DNA from: Eledone cirrhosa
Taxonomy: Eukaryota
Direction of reading: 5' to 3'
Assembly: GCA_964016885.1 (NCBI GenBank)
Contig: OZ024741.1
Coordinates: 310,930,001 to 310,994,000 of the forward strand
DNA: 64,000 nucleotides
Under the pieces are notes generated by a model, which saw only the letters and a list, made by a program, of their open reading frames with translations, did no database searches and had not been told where the DNA came from. This document shows positions 26,701 through 36,883 of the stretch, piece after piece. Every line of letters begins with the position of its first letter. Position 1 is the first letter of the stretch. Both the position numbers and the translations under genes were made by a program.

Positions 26701-27370
26701 CGTATCTCTGTTCCAGGTATTATTTATCTCAGTATTCAGATCATTGTCTGCTTCGGGTGGTTCCTCCTTTCTCAGGACCTCCTCACCTTCATTTCCCACC
26801 GGCTCGCTTGTCTGGCATACTACACCCGCCATCTCCAAGCCATTCTCTCTGCTCAGTTCCTCCAGTTCCAGCTCGCTTATCCACCCATTAGTTCTTATTA
26901 CCCGAGCCTGCCCGGCCATTTTTGTTCATCTAATTTAAATAAACCAATCTCGTTCCAGATGTTATGCATCCGTCTCCTGTAGCCCCTCTCCTTGGGGTTA
27001 CTTTTCAGGTAGCATTGCATAACAGTTCTATTCAATTCTTTCGTCCAGTTGGTTCTGGCCCCTTTCCTTCTTCTTCTTCCTCCAACATCAGCAGTATTTG
27101 GTTGACAGTCAGGTTCCTGCTGCTGAGCCAGGGGGCACCTGTTGGGTGAGAGTCTGTCACATGACGTTCTAGTCTCCATTTCACCGTTATTCGAACTGTT
27201 TATGTTCGATATTTAAACACCCTTATCGAGGATTGGCGAATGTATGTTTACATAGCCATCTGTGGATCCGCCATCCCACTTGGCCCTTGTGTGGCATTAT
27301 CACCACGCTGTATACGAACACACATAAACGAACAAACACACGGGCAGAAAGGGCCCCAAAAATGAATAAG
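23711..27370 (-). mobile_element. R4/Dong-clade LINE, nearly intact
   Basis: Long RT+REL ORF, one frameshift near 26918 separating the N-terminal ORF 26898-27179; short 3' UTR ending in AAC/AAT repeats. Confidence 0.9.
23788..26919 (-). CDS. R4/Dong reverse transcriptase with restriction-like endonuclease (1043 aa)
   Basis: PGPDG, YRPITC, WIDYRKAFD, QGDSLSPLLF, FMDD, CRIC..ETVAHIVSEC, RHD, RPDL..D..DV.CP..EK..RY. Confidence 0.92.
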   Translation of the reverse strand: MAGQARVIRTNGWISELELEELSRENGLEMAGVVCQTSEPVGNEGEEVLRKEEPPEADNDLNTEINNTWNRDTATEEMNADGLGQDSVDILNLVVDELNNDSGRPMNLRFVDRKKLKETTAKVNKVIPYLEARSLHQCNNILKATANTVRKLLGIKARGNNRQERAEPWWKKRLSGQIGEMRNDIGKLESLLNGTLKNIGTKNRLEIKYKTRSKKLNIIIEELKQRIVAKSAKIRRYENRVSQYKQNRMFDNNQKMLFGQLEGKERGNDLIPGAEQAKTFWRGIWEKDVRHNAQAGWIETVQREIGEKAQQQTDLSITVETLKGQAKKLTNWKSPGPDGVQGYWIKHLTSLHPKLTAMFNDCLVSGEVPEWLTKGTTVLIMKDRIKGNDVTNYRPITCLPVMWKLLTSIVSEEIYHHLHTNNLLPDEQKGCRKKSRGTKDQLLIDKMVMGNCRRRHTDLAMGWIDYRKAFDMVPHSWITKSLEVFRVADNIRQLLGRSMGSWETELTSTGVSLGSVKIKRGIFQGDSLSPLLFVLALMPLTIMLRKVRAGYKLGRGELTINHLLFMDDLKLFGKSEKELDVLVNTVRIFSSDICMQFGIGKCGVIVMKRGRLSRSNGIQIPTGEMIKEIDSEEGYKYLGVLEADGIKNKKMKELLRTEYIRRVRSVLKSHLNSRNAISAVNSRAVSIIRYSAGILRWNVAEQKEMDRKTRKLLTIYNMFHKRSDVDRLYLRRSEGGRGLISIEDCVQMEKNNLYKYVTYSKEPMLRTVLKEGTVGQGMSKEEITSRRKSSLKGKSLHSTFFEKTEFRDPQTWNWLRRGDLKKATEGMLMAAQEQALKTKWLKHHIYKEEASPLCRICGEREETVAHIVSECKHLAQTHYKGWRHDVMGRVIHWHLCKVNNLPHSEKWYEHRPEAVMENSQVKVLWDFRIQTDKKLEHNRPDLVVVDKEKRSCLIVDVACPFDTRVQEKEREKINRYQDLKWEVKRIWNCHEVKVIPIVIGALGTISKGFQGWLKKIGPFTLFGTLQKACLLGTARTLRYVLNI

Positions 27371-27399
27371 CATAAGTTTCATTGTAATGTAATATTCGA

Positions 27400-28259
27400 A
27401 TGTCTGACTTAGTTTTTGTTTTTTAAGTTTTACTTTTTCCCCCCTCTTCTCTGTCCGTCCGCCTGCTTCTCTCTTCATTCTTATTTTCTTTACGTTTTGG
27501 GGGTTTCTTTTTTTGTTTTTGTTTTTCTCTGTTTGTTTTTCTCGTTTTTTGCTGTTGTTGCTGTGCTGCTTTGGTTTTGTTGTTTGTTTTTTCTTTTTTC
27601 TTTTGAGTCTATCTATATATTTTGATGCCTTCCTCTTTGTTAGTAGTAGGGATTCTATAATGTGGAAGTAGTAGCAGCCAGCAGGGAGAAGTGGGAGAGG
27701 GCGGCGTTGGCGATACTGAGACAGTGGTGGTGGTGATGTCGATACCGAGGCAGTGGTGGCGGTGATGCGACCGTATTACTGTAGTGATGGTGCTGTAGCG
27801 GTGGCAGCAGCAGTGAAGGAGTCAAGGGGTGGTGGCGGCGGTGATGGGATAGTGGTGGTAATGATGGCCGTAGTGAGCGGTGGCGGTGAAGGTGAAAATG
27901 CTGTTGTGTTTAGTGTACACAGATGATAGGGTGGGTGGTGTATCTAGTTTCTGGTGTTGGTGAGTTTAGCTGTCCTATATTGTGTAGCCAGAGGAGAGGA
28001 GGGGGGGGGGGGTTCTTCTTCTTCCATTTATAGCCATTTTTTTTTTTGGATATACAGTGTACAGTACAAAGTTGAATATTTGAATATTTGAGCCTTATAA
28101 CAATATATTTTGGGTCCGAATTTTTTGGGGCTCAAGCCGGGTGCTTTACGTAGCATTTGTACTAAGAGTTGTTATTTCACAAATGATTTAAATATGTTAA
28201 AAATTCAAAACTTACGGGAGCGATTTCATGACCTCCGTCACCTCGTGCGTCTTCTTCCC
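27400..28259 (-). mobile_element. Tx1-type 5'UTR plus internally deleted ORF1
   Basis: Homologous to 22750-23680; Thr/Pro-rich then Lys-rich stretch like other ORF1s; begins directly at (TAA)n 28260-28308. Confidence 0.55.
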
Positions 28260-28308
<49 letters not shown>

Positions 28309-31125
28309 GGTGACCTACGTAGTAAATCGTATCATCGTGAGCTCCGCAAACGTTTGTTATTTCCGTTTGTTAAAAATTGCCATTTATGGAAAATTTTATT
28401 GTTAACAGTTTATAAGCGCCCATACATTTTTTCCGAAAAGGACACCCAAAAAGATTGGGGCCTTGTGCCCAAAATTTAAACTTTTATGATTATCAAAAAA
28501 TTTCTTTGAAAAAAGATGGCTAATTCACCTCTGCACCAAGCAGCTGAGATCCTTCCTCACAAACTAACACCTCACACCGACACCACCATTGTAAATATTA
28601 CTACGTTTGCCAACACAAAAAATTTAAGCAGTAGCAATATTTTAAATTTGTCTCAGGCAGACATTCATTTCCCGCCATTACCAATGACTGCAGAAACAAA
28701 AGAATCAAAAGAAGAAAAAATATATTAACTCGTGACGTCGAAATGAATTCAAGAAAAATGGACTCTTCCCCACCGAACACCACTGACGTCACCACCACCA
28801 CAACTGAAACTAAAATTAATAATAACAAAAATAACGTTAACAACAACAGCAACAATGCCATTAAAAAAACCACGCTGAGTTTTGCCAGAGTTACAAAACA
28901 GTGCGAAGCATTTCAGGTAACTCAGGAGGAATTAGAAAATGCCAAAAAAATGGTAAAGAAAGATGGGTACAGGGTCAGCCTCACCCCCCAACCTAATAAA
29001 ATGGAGCATCGGCGCCTATGCAACGTGTCGTATCGAACAATTAATGTAAAATCGCGCCGAGTGGAACGGGCATCCGAGTCCCAAATCCAAAAAGCTTTGG
29101 GACATGTGTGGGCAAGAAAAACCCACATCAGACGTGGGCAGAAGTATGGAACCGTGGACGTGTTCTTTGAAACACCAGAGGAGGCTAGAGAACACTCCAT
29201 GGCCCCATTAAGAAGTGACGACTTCACACTCGTCCCAAGCTATTGTGGCCAGAGACTCATAAAGATCAGGGTGACCCACGTTCCACCGGCCATCTAAATT
29301 CCCTGGCTAATAGCGGCCGTCCTCGCCGGCATCGAAGCCAACACAAAGATAATAGCAATAACAAAAGAAAAGCAGGAGAACAAGTCCGCATCTGGGATGG
29401 AGCTCCTGATCCAAGCGGACCAAAAAAGCATTGAGGAGATCCCAGAGGTAATACACCTCACTGACGGCAGCCACCTCACCGTAATTGTAGAGGGCAGAAG
29501 GGCTAGGTGTGTCGTTATAACAGCAACAATAACAGCAACAACCCCAGTAACAGTAGCAAAACCAACACCACCACCACCCAACGCTTCAGAACTAGCACCA
29601 GTGCCCACACAATCCACCACGCCACAACCAAAACTAACGCCTGTGGAGGATTTTCCACTCCCCGGCATATCACAACTGGAGAAAGATTGTGACGACGAGG
29701 GGTGGGGAACGGTATTAGGAAAAAAGAAAAAAAGAAACCAAAAAAGAAAAAAATTCTCTTCCTTCCCCCTCCAAAAACAAAATACAGAGGGAAACAAATA
29801 AATTAACAAACAAAAAAGTTAGGACAGATATGCCACCATCCACACCAGCATCACCAACCTCATCACCCCAAACACCAACACCATCACCATCATTAACCCC
29901 AACACAACCATCATCTACACCACAAAAGTCACCAATATGCGAAACAGAAACAAACCCACAACAAACGCAAACAAAACAAAACAACCAAAACGATACACAC
30001 TACACAGCCTTAAATTCGAACAAAAACCAATTATTACACTACATCCAACACAACACCAGCATCACAGAAAAAGACTACACGACAACCCAAAAATTCACAC
30101 CACCTCCACACATACAAATCACTCGCATCACACAGAAACGTACATGACACTAAAACAAAAATTCCCCAAAGACATCGGAGACGTCCGACAAGCACTCTCC
30201 AGGAGGATTTATAAGGACATCCTTCCTGAGGAGGCCACACGCAGTGAAAAGGATGGAAAAACCGCCTTCCTCTACGAGAAGTAAGGTAAGTGGTCTTTCC
30301 CATCTTGTTCCACTCCATTTCAACATGACCTCACTCAGAATAGGCAGCATAAATGCGCGTGGCTTGGGGTCGTCATGGAAGCAGGGCCACCTGCTCAACG
30401 ACCTCAGGTCACTAACATAGATGTAGTGGCCATCAGCGAGACCAGAATCTCCGAAGCACGGGCCTTCGCACCGATCTTCGGCGGCTACGATGTGTACGCA
30501 TCTCCCAGCCGTCCGGGATCGGGGGTAGGAATTGCTGTGCTTTTTGGAGAGGTTTGGATCTTGCCATACGGGCCATCTTCCTGGACCCAGAGGGTAAGTT
30601 GGTGGTGCTGGACGTGACCAGCGGAGACGGGCAAGCTTTCAGGGTAGTGGCTGACTATGCCCCGACAGGAGCAGGGCCGCCTGATTTCTTCCGGCGTCTG
30701 GAGACCTTTCTTGGAACGTCCCGCTCTTTAGTGTTAGTGGGCGACTGGAACGGGATCTTAGATGCACGCTGGGACTGTGTGGGATTAGTGGATAGGGGAG
30801 GAGGGTGCAAGAGTCTCACCAACCTGCTCAGGCGTTTTGAACTGTCTGACAGGTACCGATTGGATTTCCCGAATGAACCAATGTGGACTTGGACAAATCG
30901 CATAGGGTCATCCAGATCATATCTAGATAGAGTATTTTGTAGGGAAATAGATAGGTCTAGCATAGGCTGTCCACAATTCAAGATAGTCAGCTACTCGGAC
31001 CCCAAATTCGTGATCTGTGTGCTTGACTTAGATAGGCTTCATAGACGGGGATCCGGCTACTAGAAGCTAAACGCGTACTTACCAGCGCACAAGGTCTACA
31101 GAGACCGGATTAGCGAACTAATTGA
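28309..31125 (+). mobile_element. Tx1-clade LINE copy B, 3'-truncated
   Basis: ORF1 pieces 28516-30284; ORF2 APE domain from ~30324 (LRIGSINARGL, ISETR, GDWN, SYLDR) ends ~31125. Confidence 0.85.
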
Positions 31126-32800
31126 TACAACAAACACCACCACAAACAACGTGAACAAAGACAGCAATGGAAACAACATTGAGAACACCAACTCAAAAGA
31201 AAATGTCCACACCAACCACAACAGTAATAGCGACAACCAAAATACAGACAACAGAAAAAATGACAACACCAACAGCAACAATACAAACGGCACCAAGAAC
31301 AGTAACAACGGCGGCACCAAAGACACAACCAACTGCAACACTGATAACAGCAACAACACCAACGACACCGTTTGTAGCAGTAGCAACAACAACGGCACCA
31401 ACAACAAGACCAGTAACAGCAGTAGCGGCGGCAATAATGATGCCACTGAAAAAGAGACCATCTCTTTTGCTAAGGTGGCTCGCAACGTAGAAACAGTCCT
31501 GGTCACAGAGGAGGAGATGGTGGTCTCAAGACACATGGTAACCAGAACTAAATGTTCAGTGTCCTTGAAATCACCAACCAACTTCCTGGAGGAACAAGAG
31601 CGATGCACAGTGCCATACCGCCCAATTGCCACGAAATAGCGTCGTGTGGAGAGAGGCACGGAGGCCCAAATCCAGAATCTCTTGGGAGCTGTGTGGGCAC
31701 GGAAAACCCACATCACCTGAGGCAAGAATATGCTACCGTTGACGTCCTTTTTGCTACCACTCAGGAAGCAAAATCGCACTCACTGAGGGCCCTACGGAGT
31801 GATGACATAACATTAATCCCGTTTTACTGCGGGAATAAAAATGCAAAGGTCAGGGTGACCCAGATCCCTCCCTACGTACCCGTGCCTTGGCTGGTCGTGT
31901 CTGTTCTTGCGGGCATTCTGCAGGTACAGAAGTTGGGAAGAGAGGACTGGTCCGGTATTGGAATGGAGATGCTCATCCAAACCGACCAGGACTGCATCAG
32001 AGCTATTCCCGACGTAATAGACCTCGGGAATGCCTCCCCGAGAGCTATTCCCGACATAATAGACCTCGGGAATGTCTCCCAACTTCCCATATCTGTGGAA
32101 GGAAGGCGCCCGAAGTGCTTCAACTGTGGATCGATGTCTCAGCCCAGGGCATTTTGCCTACAGAAGATAACAAAGGTGAAGTTCCTCCTCCTTCCAACGC
32201 CGGAATCGTTGCCGTCAGAAACAGAGCAGTCAGTGAAGAAGTCGGGAGCTCCTGCAGAGAGTAGGAGGACAACGTCCGTGGCACCCACAACAAAGCCACG
32301 GACAACAAAAACAGCGGCGGCAACTGCAGCAACAGAAACAGTCGCACTAGCTGCACCTGTGCCAAGAAGTGCAGACGAGGCTCTACCACCACCACCACCA
32401 CCACCATCAACAACAACAAATGAGAGGGTAGAACTTAACCCCTCCCCGATCTCTCACAGTCGGACATGGAGTATGAGGCGGCATAAGAGTGGAAAACGGT
32501 GGGCAAAAAAACAAAACGAAAACAATGCAAAAACAGCACAGATTCGCCCTCTAAAAGCGAGGGAAAACAAAGAGGGGTAAAGTCTGCAAGGAGACACCAA
32601 AGACTGCAACACCACCACGATCACCATCACCACCACAAGCATCACCACAAACAATAACAACCACACCACCTCCAACACGACCAAACACACCAACATCGCA
32701 AACACAACAAAGCACACATAACCAACAACAACAATACGAAAACAGCAAAAAACCCCACCCCCCAAAAAAAATTACACTGCTATAAACATGGCAAACAAAG
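31126..32800 (+). mobile_element. Tx1 ORF1-only fragment C
   Basis: Asn/Thr-rich N-terminus, SFAKV, VEGRRPKCFNCG knuckle remnant. Confidence 0.75.
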
Positions 32801-32802
32801 AT

Positions 32803-33062
32803 ATAATTGTTTCTACATTTGGCACAAGGCCAGCAATTACCAGTGCATTACTGGTACTTTATTTTATCGATATAATTGTTTCTATTTTAGGCACAAAGCC
32901 AGCAAATACCCAGTACATTACTGGTACTTTATTTTATCGACCCCGTAATGATGAAAGGCAAAGTTAACCTCGGCGGGATTTGAACTCAGATCGTAAAGGG
33001 ACGTAACTCTATGCTTCAAAGCATGGTGTCCGACCCTCTACCGATACTGCCAATCCACCGCC
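32803..33062 (-). mobile_element. tRNA-derived SINE with duplicated tail
   Basis: Full copy 32872-33062 plus tail copy 32803-32870. Confidence 0.85.
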
Positions 33063-33189
33063 CTTTATTTTATCGATATAATGGAACATATAAAGCCTCA
33101 CACAGATCGTACAGACCTAAATTACCACACCCCACCTGCTGTCACATGACAGCAGCACTAACATACACTCTACTCCCACAATCACTTTT

Positions 33190-34200
33190 GTGAACCTTGC
33201 TACAATTACCAAAACCGATAACGTTTTCGCTAACAGCAGCAGCAGCAAAAGCAGTCGCCAAAGTTTGCCACGGCAAAGGCAGGAACTTTACGTGCAGACG
33301 TAAAGTTCCTGCCTTTGCCAATGTCTACAGGAGATAAAGCCGCAATCTCAAACCACCACAATGGGGAAGAGTACATCCAACACCACTGATACCAGGACGA
33401 CGACGACGACCACCACCACCACCACCACCACAGCAACAACTGAACCAAAAATAATAATAACAAAAATATCAATAATAACAACACCAACAATAAGAATAAC
33501 AACAACACCAACACCAGCGCAAAACCAAATGTGTGTTTTGCGAAAGCGGCGAACAAGAACGAAGCGATTGGGGTAAATCAGGAAGAACTGCAGGAGGCCA
33601 AGCGAATGGTGAAGAAAAATGGTTACATGGTCAGCCTCACTCCCCCATCAAATACCATGTAGCAACGCCGCCTATGTACTGTATCGTTCCGCACGATTAA
33701 TATAAAAACACGCCGAGTGGAGCGGGATTCCGAGTCCTAGATCCAAAAAGCTTTGGGACATGTGTGGGCTCAAAAAACCCACGTCAGACTTGGACAAAGA
33801 TAGGGCAGCGTGGACGTGTTCTTTGGAACCCCACAGGAAGCAAGAGACACTCCGTGGCGTTACCAAAAAGTGACGAGGTCACTATGGACAAAGGCTCGTA
33901 AGAGTAAGGGTGATTCAGGTTTCGCCGGCCATTGAAATTCCCTGGCTGATGGTTACAATCCTCGCCGACATCGAGGCCGACACAAAGGTGATAGAGGTGA
34001 TTAGAGTAAAACAGGAGAACTGGTTCGGATCTGGAATGGAGCTCCTGATCCAAGCGGACCACAAGAACATTCAAGAGATTCCAGGGGTGATAGATCTCGA
34101 TGACGGCAGCAACCTCACCGTAATCGTTGAAAGTAGAAGGCCTAGGTGTGTCGTTTGTGGCGAGGATACCCACCTAAAAGCCTTCTGGCCTCAGGGGATG
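33190..34200 (+). mobile_element. Tx1 ORF1-only fragment D
   Basis: Homologous to copy B ORF1 (GMELLIQAD..IPGVIDL.DGS.LTVIVE.RRPRCVVCGEDTHLKA). Confidence 0.8.
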
Positions 34201-34638
34201 GCTCTGCACATCCACACATGCATCAATGTAAATATATATACAGTCATGCATCACCACACAGAGGCACACGCAGAAGGTACATGGAGCCAGACCGGCATAA
34301 ATTACTAGATGCGTGTGGTCATGGCAGGGGATATGGAATTTCCATACTGGTCATCCTGCACTCCCGCACTCTCCCCACAGGCTCATGTACACATCAAACG
34401 TATCATAGGTATTTTCGGACACAACGTCCCATGCAGGTATCGTATATAAGTCTACGTCTCTGCATGTATACATGACAACGAGATATGCGTGGTCATATTA
34501 TATACATATATGCATACACACACACACACACACACTCATATATATATATATATACACACACATGTGTGCACATACGAAACAGGTATAGATGTACGTGCGC
34601 TGGCATTGCATGGAGATAATATCGTGTGGTGTTAAATA

Positions 34639-34639
<1 letters not shown>

Positions 34640-34714
<75 letters not shown>
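34640..34714. repeat. (TATC)n microsatellite at the 5' flank of the Tx1 array
   Basis: Direct reading. Confidence 0.95.
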
Positions 34715-34945
34715 AATCTAGCTGTCGTCTGTTCTACAGTGTGGATGTCATTCACTTCGCACAGAAGTTTTGTTCAAATTTATTGAGGAAAATTTTGTGA
34801 GTTCAAACTTAATTTTGATACAATTGTGTAGCTTGACCCTCCGTCTGAACTGTCAGGCGGTGGGTCAGCTCATCTTTACCCCTCCTAGAGGTGAAAAATC
34901 TGTTTTAAAAAATTTTGTGTAAAAAATTTCAATCGTCTAACAGAA

Positions 34946-36850
34946 ATGTTAAACGCAGCGAACGAAAATAGTGGTGGGGGGACAGCGGTAAGAGTTGTAA
35001 GCTCGCACGCTTTAGTCCCCCCTTCCTTCCCAACTAACGTCATAGAGAAGGAAGGAAAAATTAAAATAAAAACAGACGAATCTGCGGAGAAAAAAAATGA
35101 CGAAAACACAAATCTGGACATGGATTCCAACAACGAAAAAAAAAAATTTGAAAAATTGCATGACAATACTAATAACACAAACAAAGACACAACAAACACA
35201 AAAATAACATTTGAAAATAACACCATATCAGAAAGCAAAGCAGACGACAAGATTTCATTTGCACAGAAAACAAAGAAATCTTTGACTTATATAGCGGAAA
35301 ACATTTCAGATGTGGCACGAAGGATCACGGACGCCAAACAATACATAAGTGAAGGAGAGAATGGTATTTTATCGGTAAAAATGCCTCAAGAATTAACGAA
35401 AGACATTGAAAGCCGAACGGTCAAGTTTCGGACCATCAACAACAGTACAAAAAAACCTGAACAGCCTTCTCATGCAGATATCAAAACAGTACTCACAGAA
35501 GTACTTAATGAAACCACTTTCATAAGAAAAGACAGACTGTAAGGAAGCCTAGCAATTATCATGAAGAACGAATCGGCGGTAAAAAAAAAAAAATGTGCTT
35601 TGTCACCGATTCGTTCGAAAAAGTTCACCTTTTATCCATCTTATATGGGGAAAAAAACTCAACGCATATGGCTGGATGCAATGATGCCAGATGTGGACTA
35701 CTGCTGGCTCATAGCTGGCTTCATCGATCCAGTGAATGACAACGTGATTTCCATTGGGAAAACCACAGGCAATGCGTTCAGTGGAACAGGTATAGAGCTG
35801 GTAGTGTAAATGAAGCCTGAACGCATCGTCCAAATACCCGACAGAATCCTATTAGAGGACCACGGGTATATAAACATTAGCGTGGAGAGGAGAAGGCCGT
35901 CCTGCCATATCTGTGCAGGCAGAGGGCACCTGAAGGCCGCTTGTCCCCAACTCAACAAAAAGAAAACCCTGCTACCAACACCAGCTCCACCACCACCACC
36001 ACAACAGATAAACAAACAACAAAACTCAGTCCCACCCAACCCGTCCCTCAGTAAAACCACAACACCACCACAACACAAACAGTCACAACACATTACCCCA
36101 AAACAAAATACAGGCCCACCCAACCTCTCACTCAATAAAACAACACAACCACCGCAGACACAACACACAACACAGTCTAACATAGTGACATCCATCTCCC
36201 CCACAAAGAAAACCAACACGGAAACATTACCAGCAAACATACCTCTTCTCTCCAACACTGAAGATAACCCAACGAATTCGGAGGAAGAAACGGAGTCCTT
36301 CAGACAGATTAAAAGGAAAAAAAGAAAACATGTGCAAAACACACAAGGCCAAACAACCCCCACCCAAATCTCAACACAATCCAACAAAACAGAAAACACC
36401 CCTCCAGCAACAAACAAAACCAAACCTGCCCCTCCCCTCTTCGAAACACTCACACCATCCGAAAAAAAGACATTACACTATACTTACATCAACAGAAACA
36501 ATAATAAATTAAATGAACTCATATACAATAATCCTTCGGTACAAACCGAAGGTGTAAACTTTGTTTCGTCAGAAAACTACCCACATTTAAAACTAATAAA
36601 GATCCCAATGAACCTCTACCAAAAACTAAAAAAGGATTTTAAGGAGGACGTAGGACCACCCTCTGTCAAACCCATAAACCGCGTCCTACTAAAAATCTTT
36701 CCCCCTCCCCTTCCCCTCCCCAACACAACTCCAAACACCCCAACCCCACCACACACTGACGACCCCACACCACCACAAGACACCCCTTCACCCAACACCC
36801 CCGACCCCATGGAAGTCGTGCAACCCGAACCCCGGGAAGCGGAAAGGTAG
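34946..36850 (+). pseudogene. Tx1 ORF1 (gag-like, CCHC knuckle) with two in-frame premature stops
   Basis: ORFs 34946, 35561 and 35810 share one frame; TAA at 35540 and 35807 align to Y and Q in sister copies; CHICAGRGHLKAAC = CX2CX4HX4C. Confidence 0.85.
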
Positions 36851-36883
36851 GTCTCTACACTCTCCCTTGGCTCTGCCGCCCAC

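Noticed and set aside
35698-36453. Long hydrophobic antisense ORFs over Tx1 ORF1s (also 13473, 31096, 41881)
   Set aside because: By-product of AAC/ACC-rich low-complexity sense sequence lacking antisense stops
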